Shown in pieces: positions 6,619-15,447 of a DNA stretch of 32,000 bases (position 1 is the first letter of the stretch; each line of letters opens with the position of its first letter). Location: positions 1,350,001 through 1,382,000 of the forward strand of contig NC_017080.1 in NCBI RefSeq assembly GCF_000284115.1. The letters are read 5' to 3'. This stretch comes from Phycisphaera mikurensis NBRC 102666. GTDB taxonomy: Bacteria; Planctomycetota; Phycisphaerae; Phycisphaerales; Phycisphaeraceae. The translations under genes and the position numbers were made by a program. The notes under the pieces were generated by a model, which saw nothing but the letters and a program-made list of their open reading frames with translations, was not told the origin of the DNA and ran no database searches.

Positions 6619-9489
6619 TCAGTCCGCGCTCAGGTCGAGCTCGTCACGCCGGATCCCGTAGACGAAGCCCGGCCCGTCGCCCATGTACAGGAGGTCCCAG
6701 CGGCCGTCGCCGTCGGCGTCGCGGGGTGCCACGGCGAAGCCGTGGGTCTCCACGCGGGTGACCCCGCCGTCCGCCCAGCGGATCCGGCGGGCAGGCTCGA
6801 ACACGGGCTCGGCGGCGGTGCCGGCGTTGCGGATCCAGAAGGCGGAGCTGCTCTTGAGTCCCTCGGTGGTCGCCTGGTCCACCGGGTCGGGGTTGTAGAC
6901 CTGCACGTTCTTGGCCACGGTGCCGAAGAGCACGTCCCACACGCCGTCGTCGTCCATGTCGGTGACGGCGAAGGCGGTCCGCCCGGACATGCCCGCCGAG
7001 CCGGAGGTGCGGACGGGGCGGCCGTCCTGGTAGTTCATCGGGATCTCCCGCTCGATCTCGGTGGAGCCGGTGCGTGTCGGCACGCCGGCGACCAGGTTCT
7101 GCTCGGCGTTCAGGTAGAGCAGCACCGGCCGGTCGTCGCCGGCCACGCCGCAGGCGCCGGGCACGCCGGCGGGGCGGTGACGCCACGACACCGGCAGCTT
7201 CGCGTCGGAGCCGGCGCGGGTGAAAACGGCCTCGGAGGTGACGGCGGGGTCGCCGGGGTCGGTCCGCTTCAGCAGCCGGAAGGTCGCGGTGTTGTCGTTG
7301 CCGATGAGGTCCAGCGTGCCGTCGGCGTCCCAGTCGAACAGCTCGGGCTGCGTGTAGCCCCAGCCTCTCTCCTGCGGGCCTTGGAGGTTCTGCTCGCCGA
7401 CGTAGCGGCGGTCGTGGCCGGAGGAGTCCTTCAGCGTGCGGGCGCCTCGGAAGACCATCGGATCGTCGGTGCCCGGGAACAGCAGGTAGTAGCCGGCGCC
7501 GTCGCCGGTGACCAGGTCCGGGGTGCCGTCGCCGTCCCAGTCGCCGACGGCGGGGATGGCGAGCGTCGCCGCGCCCACCACGCCGCCGACGTTCTCGAGG
7601 ACGCCGAGCCGGCGGAAGGCCCCGACCTCTTCGCCGCCGAGGGCGACGGCTCGTCCCGCCGAGCCCGAGCCCACCACGACCTCCTTGGTGCCGTCGCCGT
7701 CGAGGTCCTGCACACCGACGATGTAGGGGATGATGATGTCGCGGGCGTCCGCCTCGCTCGCCAGAAGATTCTGCGCTGCGCCCAGGTGCAGCGAGCCCTC
7801 CGGCGTCCCGGTGAGCACGGGCAGCGCGAGCGCCTCGGACACCGCGGAGAAGAGCAGAACGTGGCGGGTGCCGTCGCGCTCGATCATCGCCGGCACCATC
7901 CGCTGGCTGAAGTTGCGCCACTGCACCGGGTAGTCGTCGCGGCCGAGGTAGACCGGCTGCCGCGGACCGAGCACCAGATCGCCGTTGGAGGCACGCGATC
8001 CGCGGGCCCACTGCAGGGCGTAGTTGACGCGGGTGCCCAGCCACTGGCCGTCGACGCCGTAGCCGCGGAAGCCGGGGGTGTTCTGCGTGTCGGTGTGCGG
8101 CCCGACGTTGGTCTGCGGCTGGATCGTCCACGGCGGCGAGCCGTCGGGCCAGTACATCCGCTTCTGGGCGCGGTCGACCTGGCGGCCGATCAGCAGGTCG
8201 GTCACGCCGTCGCCGTCGGCGTCGCCGAGGAAGAAGTCGCTGTGCAGCGCAAGGTCGCGGAGCGCTGCAGCGCGCTCGCCGGGCTCCACCCGCTCGGCCG
8301 GCCCGGCGGTGCGGGTCTCGTCGCCGCCGGCGGCCGGCGCGGCGAGCCCGATCGGCCGCGGCTTGGCGAACATCGTCCGCTCGCCCGTGGCCGAGACCTC
8401 GCCGACGTGCTCGAGCCGCTGGAGGTGGTAGAGGTCGAAGCCGCCTGCCTCACGCGGCACCGCCTGGTACCGGCCGTTCGCGAAGCCGTGGTCGCTGTGG
8501 CCGCCGTCGTAAAGGGGGAGGCCCGAGGTCGGCGCGGGCGAGGCCTCCGCCCGCGTCGCCGCGTCCACCGGCCGGTACGCCATCGAAGCCGCGGGGATCC
8601 ACTCCGAGCTTCCGAGCACGAGCAGCTCCGGCGCCTCGCCCTCCCCGCGGGGGATCAGCGAGAGGCCCGCCCACTGCACCGGCAGCGGCTGCGTCGCGTC
8701 GGGAGCGAGGCGGACGTGCGTGAAGTCGCGGTAGGGGTGCGTCTGCGCCGGCGGCACGTCCTCGTAGGCGATGCCCGCGAAGAGGCCGTTCCAGTCGGTG
8801 GCGATGCGCGTCTCGCCGAAGGTCGCGGCGAAGCCGGCGGCGTTGCCGGTGTCGATGCGGACGGTGTTCGATGCCCCGTCGTAGTCCGCCTCGATGACGC
8901 CGTCGGGGCGGCTCGGCACGGACGCCGGCGCCGCATTGCCCGCCGGCCAGGCCCAGACCTCCATGCGGTCGAGGCCTTCGGCCGAGGGGCGGGTGACCAG
9001 CCGGGCGGCGATGGTGATCGGTCCGGTTGCCGAGACCCCCGCCTCGCCGAGCTTCACGTCCGCCCGCTCCTCGCCGAGGCTCACCAGCAGCGTGTTGCCG
9101 CTGGAGAAGCCCACCTTCAGCGGCCGGTTGTTGACGGAGGCGTCCTTGGTGAAGAGCCCGATCGACGCGTGGTCCGAGCCGCCGCCCAGGCCCGAGCGGC
9201 CGACGGTGGTGCGGAAGAAGTACTCGCCAGCTCGCTCGAAGTCGACCTTCACCGCGACGTTGCGGGCCGCCCAGCCGGCGCCGGTGAGGCCGCCGCCGCC
9301 CGCGTAGGCCATGCCCTTGCCGCCCCAGGCCCCGAGGAAGCCGGGGCTCGGCAGCTCGGCCTTCAGCGACCCCGCGTTCCCGACCATCGGGTCCGCGGCG
9401 AGCGCCTCGGCCGCCGCGGGGCCGGCGGAGGCGAACGCGGCGGCAAAAACGGCAGCCGTGGGGAGCGAGCGGGCGGTGGAGCGGGTCAT
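6619..9489 (-). CDS. secreted FG-GAP/VCBS-repeat beta-propeller protein with an N-terminal jelly-roll-like domain
   Basis: 956 aa with a signal peptide (MTRSTARSLPTAAVFAAAFASAGPAAAEA). Ca-binding FG-GAP-type repeats recur: DADGDGVTDLL, DLDGDGTKEVV, GDWDGDGTPDLV, FDWDADGTLDLI, TDMDDDGVWDVL, RDADGDGRWDLL. Confidence 0.85.
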   Translation of the reverse strand: MTRSTARSLPTAAVFAAAFASAGPAAAEALAADPMVGNAGSLKAELPSPGFLGAWGGKGMAYAGGGGLTGAGWAARNVAVKVDFERAGEYFFRTTVGRSGLGGGSDHASIGLFTKDASVNNRPLKVGFSSGNTLLVSLGEERADVKLGEAGVSATGPITIAARLVTRPSAEGLDRMEVWAWPAGNAAPASVPSRPDGVIEADYDGASNTVRIDTGNAAGFAATFGETRIATDWNGLFAGIAYEDVPPAQTHPYRDFTHVRLAPDATQPLPVQWAGLSLIPRGEGEAPELLVLGSSEWIPAASMAYRPVDAATRAEASPAPTSGLPLYDGGHSDHGFANGRYQAVPREAGGFDLYHLQRLEHVGEVSATGERTMFAKPRPIGLAAPAAGGDETRTAGPAERVEPGERAAALRDLALHSDFFLGDADGDGVTDLLIGRQVDRAQKRMYWPDGSPPWTIQPQTNVGPHTDTQNTPGFRGYGVDGQWLGTRVNYALQWARGSRASNGDLVLGPRQPVYLGRDDYPVQWRNFSQRMVPAMIERDGTRHVLLFSAVSEALALPVLTGTPEGSLHLGAAQNLLASEADARDIIIPYIVGVQDLDGDGTKEVVVGSGSAGRAVALGGEEVGAFRRLGVLENVGGVVGAATLAIPAVGDWDGDGTPDLVTGDGAGYYLLFPGTDDPMVFRGARTLKDSSGHDRRYVGEQNLQGPQERGWGYTQPELFDWDADGTLDLIGNDNTATFRLLKRTDPGDPAVTSEAVFTRAGSDAKLPVSWRHRPAGVPGACGVAGDDRPVLLYLNAEQNLVAGVPTRTGSTEIEREIPMNYQDGRPVRTSGSAGMSGRTAFAVTDMDDDGVWDVLFGTVAKNVQVYNPDPVDQATTEGLKSSSAFWIRNAGTAAEPVFEPARRIRWADGGVTRVETHGFAVAPRDADGDGRWDLLYMGDGPGFVYGIRRDELDLSAD

Positions 9490-9524
9490 GGCGGGGGCGT
9501 GAGGCGAGAGGAGGGCCTGGGAGC

Positions 9525-9538
9525 TGTAGAATACTACA
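9525..9538. promoter_or_regulatory. AT-rich near-palindromic box TGTAGAATACTACA
   Basis: It has 5-bp perfect arms (TGTAG/CTACA) and lies 36 nt upstream of the FG-GAP ATG. It shares GAATACTACA with the box at 19009. On the minus strand it reads TGTAGTATTC, containing a TAGTAT -10-like hexamer. Confidence 0.4.
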
Positions 9539-9603
9539 TCGCTTCGAGGGGTCGAGGAAGCGGCAACCTGTCCGACGGCCGGCGGGACGGGGGCAAGCGT
9601 TTC

Positions 9604-10965
9604 TCAACCCGCTCCGGGCAGCGCAAACCCGTCGCCGACCTCTTCGAGCAGCGCCTTCAACCGCCCGTGCAGCTCCCGCCGCTTGGGGGCGGCGTGGGCG
9701 TGGTGGGCGAGGTTGCACATCTCCAGCGGGTCCTCGTCGAGGTCGAACATCAGGTAGGGGGCGCCCGCGAAGCTCGCGTACTTCCAGCCGTCGGCGGTAA
9801 CGATCCCGCGCCACGGCAGGTCGTTGGCGGGGCCGTGCCCGGTCGGCCGGATGTACTGCAGCAGCGCCGCGTCGGGCGGTGTGCCCTCGGCCCGGGCGAG
9901 CCCGCCGGGGCGGGCGGCGGCGGAGAAGTCGAAGCCGGGCATCGCGTCGGGCTTGGGGATCCCGCACAACCCCAGCGTCGTGGGAACCGCGTCGACGGTC
10001 CCGATCGGCGCCGCTTCGGCGTGCGGCATCGCGTAGTGCCGGTCGCAGGGCCCGCCGACGATCATCGGCACGTTCACGCTGCCCGCGTAGGGCGTGCATT
10101 TGCGGAAGTGCCCGTGCTGGCCGTGCTGGTCGCCGTGGTCGGAGAGGTAGACCACCGCCGTGTCGTCGGCGAGGCCGAGCCGGCGCAGGGCCTCGCGGAT
10201 CCGGCCGACGTTGTGGTCGAGGTTCTCCACGAGGGCGTTCGCCCCGGCGATCTCGCGGCGGGCCTGCTCCTCGATCCGCGGAATCGGCGGGACGTTGCGT
10301 GGCAGCACGACGTCGGCGGGTCGGTGCCGCCGCATCCAGTCCGCCGGCGCGGTGTATGGGTCGTGCGGCGGCTGCACCGAGATCGCGACGAAGAAGGACG
10401 CGCCCGCGGCGGCGAGCTCTTCGAGGTGCCCGATCGCGAGGTCCGTCAGGTCGTCGGTCTCGAAGGAGGGCAGCCGGTGCCGCTCCACCTCCTCGGTGGT
10501 GTCGCCGGTCCGCCGGTGGCCGTGCACGTGGCAGTCGAACTGCGCATTGTTGTTCTCGTAGCCGATCCACGTGTCGAAGCCGCCGCGCCGCTCGCGCGGG
10601 ACGTGGTGGAAAGCCGCCCGGCCCGTCTTCTCGTGGAAGCCGTCCAGGTGCCACTTGCCGAACCACGCGGTGCGGCGGCCGGCCTCGCGGAAGGCGTGCG
10701 CGATCGTCGGCATCTCCGGCGGCATGCGCACCTCGTGCCCGTCCACGCAGTGGTGCGGGTAGCGCCCGGTGAGCAGCGTGCCCCGGGCGGGGCAGCACAG
10801 CGGGAAGACGCTCTGGTGCCGGGTGAAGCGCACGCCCTCGGCGGCGAGCCGGTCGAGGTTGGGCGTCGCGGCGTTCGGGTCGCCGGCACACGAGAGCATC
10901 GAGGCGGGGTGCTGGTCGGAGAGGATCCAGACCGCGTTGCGGGCGAAGGGGCACGACTTGGACAT
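9604..10965 (-). CDS. S1-family sulfatase (Cys-type)
   Basis: The real start is the ATG at 10965 ([19 protein letters not shown]...). Upstream residues of the track ORF are Arg-rich nonsense. The signature is [12 protein letters not shown] (C-x-P-x-R), with [12 protein letters not shown] also present. No signal peptide is visible. Confidence 0.9.
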   Translation of the reverse strand: MSKSCPFARNAVWILSDQHPASMLSCAGDPNAATPNLDRLAAEGVRFTRHQSVFPLCCPARGTLLTGRYPHHCVDGHEVRMPPEMPTIAHAFREAGRRTAWFGKWHLDGFHEKTGRAAFHHVPRERRGGFDTWIGYENNNAQFDCHVHGHRRTGDTTEEVERHRLPSFETDDLTDLAIGHLEELAAAGASFFVAISVQPPHDPYTAPADWMRRHRPADVVLPRNVPPIPRIEEQARREIAGANALVENLDHNVGRIREALRRLGLADDTAVVYLSDHGDQHGQHGHFRKCTPYAGSVNVPMIVGGPCDRHYAMPHAEAAPIGTVDAVPTTLGLCGIPKPDAMPGFDFSAAARPGGLARAEGTPPDAALLQYIRPTGHGPANDLPWRGIVTADGWKYASFAGAPYLMFDLDEDPLEMCNLAHHAHAAPKRRELHGRLKALLEEVGDGFALPGAG

Positions 10966-11091
10966 GAAGAAGGATGCGCGGAGCACGGGGACGGCTCCGC
11001 TGGCGCCCGGGCCCGGCGGTTGGCGGACCCGGCTCCGGCGCGTGCCCGGGCCCGCACCCGAGACCGGGAGCACTTGCCTCCGAGCGTTCAG

Positions 11092-11101
11092 TAGTATACC
11101 A
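11092..11101. promoter_or_regulatory. TGGTATAC-type box (TAGTATACCA; minus strand TGGTATACTA) in a divergent intergenic region
   Basis: It sits between the sulfatase (start 10965, minus) and the pseudopilin-like gene (start 11219, plus). It reads as TGGTATACT (extended -10 form TGnTATAnT) on the minus strand and TAGTAT on the plus strand. Confidence 0.45.
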
Positions 11102-11218
11102 TTCGGGGTGGCTCGGCCCGTCCTCTCGTGGCGCCGGGCTTGCCGAGGGCCGATTCTCCTCGCCCCCGCGTCCCGGTCTCTGGGTGTTTCCGCTCTTCGC
11201 CTCCTCCTCGGTGTCCCC

Positions 11219-12061
11219 ATGCCCCGCTCCCGACGTTTCCGCTCCGCCTTCACGCTCATCGAGCTGCTGGTCGTCATCTCCATCATCGCCATACTCGTGG
11301 GCATCCTTCTGCCGGCGCTGGGCGCAGCCCGTGACGCGGCCAAGAACGTGCAGTGCCTCTCGAACCTCCGGCAGGTCGGCATCGCGGCGAGCGCCTACGC
11401 CGCGGACTTCGGCCGCTACCCCACGCACGTGCAGGAGCTGGTGGCGGCGAGCAGCCTGCCCACGCAGCTCAAGCTGTTCAACACCGCCGGCGACCCGGAC
11501 CGCGACCTCCGCCGGCTCTGGGCGGATTACATGAGCAGCGTGAACGCGATCGAGTGCCCCTACACGGAGCCGTTGGACCTCTCCAGAGAGAACATCCCCG
11601 TCGCGTCGAGCGATCGCGTCTACGTCGACTTCTTCCTCACCCCCGGCTACTGGAGCAACGAGGCCGCGCGGACCGGACCCTTCTCCGAGGTGCCCGGCGC
11701 CCGCACCGGCCTCTGGACGAGCCCGGACGAGAACTGGGAGATCGCCGAAGAGAAGTACGAGGTCATCGCGGGCGATCTCGCGCTCATCCGCGGCCGCTTC
11801 AACGGCGCCTTCGGCCAGTTCAATCACGTCAACGGCTTGAGCGGCGACATCATCGAGAGCGTCAACGACACGCCCGGCAGCTTCTGGAGCACCTTCTTCC
11901 GCGTCAACAATGCCTTCCCCGACAAATACTTCGACGGCCGGGCGAACTACGTCCTGCGGGACGGAAGCGCCTCGGGCTACGAGGTGCGTGACCCGAAGAT
12001 CCGCGAACTCGCACTCACGGGCACCCGGCAGCCTTGGCGGATGATGTTGCCGACGCAGTGA
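11219..12061 (+). CDS. prepilin-type N-terminal cleavage/methylation domain protein (planctomycete DUF1559 / H-X9-DG-like pseudopilin)
   Basis: It starts at ATG 11219: [43 protein letters not shown], the classic type IV/T2SS pilin N-terminus. The C-terminal [10 protein letters not shown] resembles the aNvlFaDGSv end of the H-X9-DG family, but the His is absent. Confidence 0.88.
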   Translation: MPRSRRFRSAFTLIELLVVISIIAILVGILLPALGAARDAAKNVQCLSNLRQVGIAASAYAADFGRYPTHVQELVAASSLPTQLKLFNTAGDPDRDLRRLWADYMSSVNAIECPYTEPLDLSRENIPVASSDRVYVDFFLTPGYWSNEAARTGPFSEVPGARTGLWTSPDENWEIAEEKYEVIAGDLALIRGRFNGAFGQFNHVNGLSGDIIESVNDTPGSFWSTFFRVNNAFPDKYFDGRANYVLRDGSASGYEVRDPKIRELALTGTRQPWRMMLPTQ

Positions 12062-12092
12062 CCGCCGCGGCGGCGACACCCCGCAGAACGTT

Positions 12093-12098
12093 TACGCT
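12093..12098 (+). promoter_or_regulatory. candidate -10 hexamer TACGCT placed 7 nt before the gntR-like ATG (leaderless arrangement)
   Basis: TACGCT-cgcccgc-ATG(12106). The same TACGNT-N7-ATG geometry occurs at 28010 and 28712. Confidence 0.4.
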
Positions 12099-12105
12099 CG
12101 CCCGC

Positions 12106-12915
12106 ATGCAGCGGACCCGGGCCGACGCGAAGCTCCCCAACTTGGCCCGAGGCAGCGGCTCCGCCCCCGAGGCGGGCGACGGCTCGGGCCTGCCGCTCAA
12201 GCCGACGCTGTCCAGCCGGGCGTACCGGCAGATCCGCCAGATGCTGCTCGACGGCACCCTCGCCGAGGGCATGCTCGTCAGCGAGCAGTCGCTCGCGGCG
12301 AAGCTGGGCATCAGCCGCACGCCGGTGCGCGAGGCGATCCGTCGGCTGCGGGCCGAGCGGATCGTCGAGCAGGTCCACCGCGTGGGCACCACCGTGCGGA
12401 AGCCCAGCCCCGAAGAACTCGTCGAGCTCTACGACCTGCGGGAGGCGCTGGAGGTGTTCGCCGCGGGCCGGGCCGCGAGCGGCGCCGCGAGCGAGAAGCA
12501 GCTCGACCGCCTCGGCCGCTACTGCGACGCGATGATGATCCTCGCCCGCCGCCTCCGCGCCGCGGACCGCGGGCGGAAAGACGCCGAAGCCGCCACGGTC
12601 CGCGGCCAGTTCTTCGCCGCCGACATGGCCTTCCACACCGAGCTGATGGGCGTCACCGGCAACGCGGCGATGCTCAACCTGATCCGCGAGACCCGCGTCT
12701 TCACGCAGATCTTCACGCACCGCCGCCACCCCTTCATCGACGACCTCACGATCGCCCACGTCTACCGGCACCACCGGCGGATCCTAAACGCGATCCGCCA
12801 CGGCAACGCCGCCGAAGCCGGCCGCCGCATGGCCGATCACATCCGCGCGAGCAAGGAGGGCATGCTGCCCTTCCTGCGCGAGCGCGAGGCGGCTGGGGCG
12901 GTTGAAGTCCGCTGA
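12106..12915 (+). CDS. GntR-family transcriptional regulator, FadR/FCD subfamily
   Basis: A winged-HTH is present: SEQSLAAKLGISRTPVREAIRRLRAERIVEQVHRVGTTV. It is followed by an all-helical FCD-type C-terminal domain (LYDLREALEVFAA... HRRILNAIRHGNAAEA). The track start at 12034 is a TTG that overlaps the upstream gene, so ATG 12106 is preferred. Confidence 0.88.
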   Translation: MQRTRADAKLPNLARGSGSAPEAGDGSGLPLKPTLSSRAYRQIRQMLLDGTLAEGMLVSEQSLAAKLGISRTPVREAIRRLRAERIVEQVHRVGTTVRKPSPEELVELYDLREALEVFAAGRAASGAASEKQLDRLGRYCDAMMILARRLRAADRGRKDAEAATVRGQFFAADMAFHTELMGVTGNAAMLNLIRETRVFTQIFTHRRHPFIDDLTIAHVYRHHRRILNAIRHGNAAEAGRRMADHIRASKEGMLPFLREREAAGAVEVR

Positions 12916-13063
12916 CGCGGCTCACCGCCGGGGCGTCGGAGTCGACCCGGGCCGGCCGTTCCGGTTGCGTCGAGGGGCCAGCCCCCGCCGCGGTGTACGC
13001 AGAGCGTGGTGCCGCACGCCGGCGATCCCGGGAGCGGCTGGCCGTGGAAGGGTGTCGGGTGCT

Positions 13064-13666
13064 TCAGGCGTCGCGGCGACGCTTCAGCAGCAGCACGCCG
13101 CCGGCGAGGGCCAACGCCGCGGAGGCGGGCTCGGGGATCGCGTCGATGTTCACGGCGTTGATGCGGTAGCCGACGTTCCCGCCGGTGCCCGTCGAGAGGT
13201 TGTCCACCGTGAGCACCTCGCCGGCGGCAAAGGAGAGGCCCAGGGGCACGTCGCTGTCGGGCGCCTGAGCGGACAGGGCGGTGGAGAAGGTCGCGGAGTC
13301 GCCGTCGGCGGCGGACACCGTGATGGTGTGGGTGCCATCGAAGAGGCGGGCGGTGAGGCCGATCAACGTGCCGGCGGTGTCGAAGCTCAGCGTGTAGGAC
13401 TCGCCGCTGCTCACGTTGAAGCCGGGGTTGGTGAAGCGTGTCTCGCCCGGACCCACGATGCCGGTCCCGCCGCCGGTGCCCTCGAAGATCCCGCTGCCGG
13501 TGCTCATGGTCAGCGTCACGCCGTCGGCGGTGGTGGTGCCCGAAGACACGCCCTCCAGGAAGGTGCCGTTGTTGGCGTTGAAGTCGGTGAACGAGACGGG
13601 GACGGCGGAGGCGGTGCCCGCGACCGCGGTGCAGGCGGCGGCGGACAGGACGGAGCGGAAGAGCAT
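13064..13666 (-). CDS. PEP-CTERM sorting-domain protein (small secreted protein)
   Basis: The ATG at 13666 is preceded by GGAG. It has a signal peptide (MLFRSVLSAAACTAVAGTASA) and a C-terminal IPEPASAALALAGGVLLLKRRR (PEP motif, TM helix, basic tail). 200 aa. Confidence 0.85.
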   Translation of the reverse strand: MLFRSVLSAAACTAVAGTASAVPVSFTDFNANNGTFLEGVSSGTTTADGVTLTMSTGSGIFEGTGGGTGIVGPGETRFTNPGFNVSSGESYTLSFDTAGTLIGLTARLFDGTHTITVSAADGDSATFSTALSAQAPDSDVPLGLSFAAGEVLTVDNLSTGTGGNVGYRINAVNIDAIPEPASAALALAGGVLLLKRRRDA

Positions 13667-13694
13667 GGGTTCTCCAAGACATGAACGGTCTGGC

Positions 13695-13714
13695 GTGCGG
13701 GGACACCCCCGCAC
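13695..13714 (-). promoter_or_regulatory. perfect 8-bp stem / 4-nt loop hairpin in the 5' leader of the PEP-CTERM gene
   Basis: GTGCGGGG-ACAC-CCCCGCAC lies between the TGGTATACT box (13723-13732) and the start codon (13666). It would therefore sit at the extreme 5' end of the transcript. Confidence 0.5.
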
Positions 13715-13722
13715 CGGGCACC

Positions 13723-13732
13723 AAGTATACCA
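13723..13732. promoter_or_regulatory. TGGTATAC-type box (minus strand TGGTATACTT)
   Basis: The minus strand reads atcTGGTATACTtgg, a textbook extended -10 (TGnTATAnT). It lies ~57 nt upstream of the PEP-CTERM ATG and downstream of the sulfatase stop (13815). Confidence 0.45.
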
Positions 13733-13814
13733 GATGGATGCGGTGCCGACCACGCCTGGTCGAGACCAAACCCAAGAGAAGGCGGCGTGGCCGATCCGCA
13801 ACGGGCGGCGCTGC

Positions 13815-15440
13815 TTAGCGGTTCCACGCCGTACCGGCGAGGCTGCCGCCGGCGGCGAAATACGCGTCGACGCTGAGCTTTGTGGGGTCGAGCGTCGTCT
13901 CCTTGGCGATCGCCCGGTCGAAGGCCTCGGCGGCGGACTCCACCGGGTGCGGGTGGCCGGGCGGCAGGCGGTCGGCCCAGCGGCCGTCGTTGATCTCGAC
14001 GCGGCCGGCGGCGGCGGCCCGGGCGGCGTCGTCGAGCGGGGGCTCGGGCCAGACGCGGAAGCCGGTGGCGTCGGTGGAGCGGTCGCCCAAGCCGTGTTCG
14101 CGCTCCCAGGCGAGCGCGGCGGCACGCCACCGGGCGACCCACGCGGGCGGATCGTCCCGCTCCGCGAGGTTCTCGAGCTCGTGCGGGTCGGCGGCGAGGT
14201 CGTAGGCCTCCTCGCGGCCGCCGCTGGCCCAGAACACGTACTTCTCCTTGTCACTCCGCCGGCAGACCCAGCGTTGGTCGTCGTGGCCGAAGTCGATGAC
14301 GTGGGCCTCGCGCTCCGGCGCGGGAGCGAGCAGGCTGGCGCCGGGGAGCGGCGGGAGCTCGGTGGGGAAGGGCGGGTCCGCCGCGTCGAGAACCGTGGGC
14401 AGCACATCGGTGAGGCAGGCGAGGCGGTCGTCGACGGCTCCGGCGGGGATCCGGCCGGGCCAGCGGGCGATCAGCGGGATCCGAACCGACGCCTCGTAGG
14501 GCGTGTTCTTCTGCGAGAGGCCGTGGTCGCCGAGCATCTCGCCGTGGTCGGAGAGGAACAGCACCAGCGTGTTTTTGGAAAGGCCCAGTGCGTCGAGGCG
14601 GTCGAGAACCGAGCCGACGCAGGCGTCCACGTGAGCCACCTGGCCGTGGTAGAGCGCGGCGATGCGGCGCATCCGCGGCGGGTCGAGGTGGGCGCCATCG
14701 AGCCGGCCGCGGTGGGCGCGGGCCGGGGCGGGGAGGCTCTCCAGCGGGCGGTCCGCGTAAACCGGCGGCGGCATGTCATCGGGGTCGAAGACGTCGTCCC
14801 AGGGCTCAACCGGCGCGAAGGGCGGGTGCGGGGCGATCCACGAGGACCACAGGAAGAACGGCCGGCCGCCGTCGTAGGCGGCGTGTTCCTCTAGAAAAGC
14901 GTTGGAGCAATCGGCGACCCATCGGTTCTGCGAGCGCGGCTCGGGCACGCCGCTGGTCTGCGGCTGGTAGTACAGGAGGTCGCGGAGGCCCTGCGGGAAC
15001 CGCGTCGGCACGCCGGACCTCTGCAGGTGCTTCAGGTAGTCGTCGTGGGCGAGGCAGTCGATGCACTCCTCCATCAGCTCCTGGTGCTGGAAGCCGAAGG
15101 GCCGACGGCCGAAGTGGAACTTGCCGACGCCGCGCGTCGTGTACGCGGCGTCGTTGAGGCAGGTCATCAGCGTCGGCCACAGCGGCGTGGGCGCGTCGGG
15201 TCCGCCGGGGCCGCCGTTGGCGGTGACGCCGGTCTCGCGGGCCCGCCGCCCGGTGAGCAGGCTGTACCGGGCCGCCATGCAGATTGGCGTGGGCGTGACC
15301 GCCTGGGAGAAGCGCGTGCCCTCCGCCGCGAGCCGGTCGAGGTTCGGCGTGCGGGCGGTGGAGCTGCCGGCGCAACCGAGGGCGTCGTGGCGGAGCTGGT
15401 CCGCCATCAGCAGCAGCACGTTGGGGCGCTCGGCGGGCAT
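13815..15440 (-). CDS. S1-family sulfatase with a variant C-x-A-x-R active-site motif
   Basis: 541 aa. The N-terminus reads NVLLLMADQLRHDALGCAG. The signature is ICMAARYSLLTGR (CMAAR at 15267-15281, checked at DNA level: tgc atg gcg gcc cgg). LSDHGE is present. The ATG lies 7 nt after the GH2 stop and is preceded by GAGGA. No signal peptide is visible. Confidence 0.9.
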   Translation of the reverse strand: MPAERPNVLLLMADQLRHDALGCAGSSTARTPNLDRLAAEGTRFSQAVTPTPICMAARYSLLTGRRARETGVTANGGPGGPDAPTPLWPTLMTCLNDAAYTTRGVGKFHFGRRPFGFQHQELMEECIDCLAHDDYLKHLQRSGVPTRFPQGLRDLLYYQPQTSGVPEPRSQNRWVADCSNAFLEEHAAYDGGRPFFLWSSWIAPHPPFAPVEPWDDVFDPDDMPPPVYADRPLESLPAPARAHRGRLDGAHLDPPRMRRIAALYHGQVAHVDACVGSVLDRLDALGLSKNTLVLFLSDHGEMLGDHGLSQKNTPYEASVRIPLIARWPGRIPAGAVDDRLACLTDVLPTVLDAADPPFPTELPPLPGASLLAPAPEREAHVIDFGHDDQRWVCRRSDKEKYVFWASGGREEAYDLAADPHELENLAERDDPPAWVARWRAAALAWEREHGLGDRSTDATGFRVWPEPPLDDAARAAAAGRVEINDGRWADRLPPGHPHPVESAAEAFDRAIAKETTLDPTKLSVDAYFAAGGSLAGTAWNR

Positions 15441-15447
15441 GGGATCC

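Noticed and set aside
6376-11094. 1572-aa plus-strand ORF, the longest in the track
   Set aside because: Its translation is Arg/Gly/Ala/Pro/Val-rich low-complexity sequence with no recognisable domains. It runs antisense to two well-supported genes (the FG-GAP protein and a sulfatase). This is a typical stop-codon-poor antisense frame in ~70% GC DNA.
10966-11382. N-terminal 139 codons of the sulfatase track ORF 9604..11382; the same applies to the 5' extensions of ORFs 10769..12061, 13064..14407, 26902..27681 and 27687..28652
   Set aside because: The upstream parts are low-complexity and cross intergenic promoter regions or neighbouring genes. Internal ATGs coincide with the beginning of the conserved domain or signal peptide.
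8450-12079. 1209-aa minus-strand ORF
   Set aside because: It is off-frame or antisense to the FG-GAP, sulfatase and pseudopilin genes. Its composition is dominated by R, P, A and G, with no motifs.
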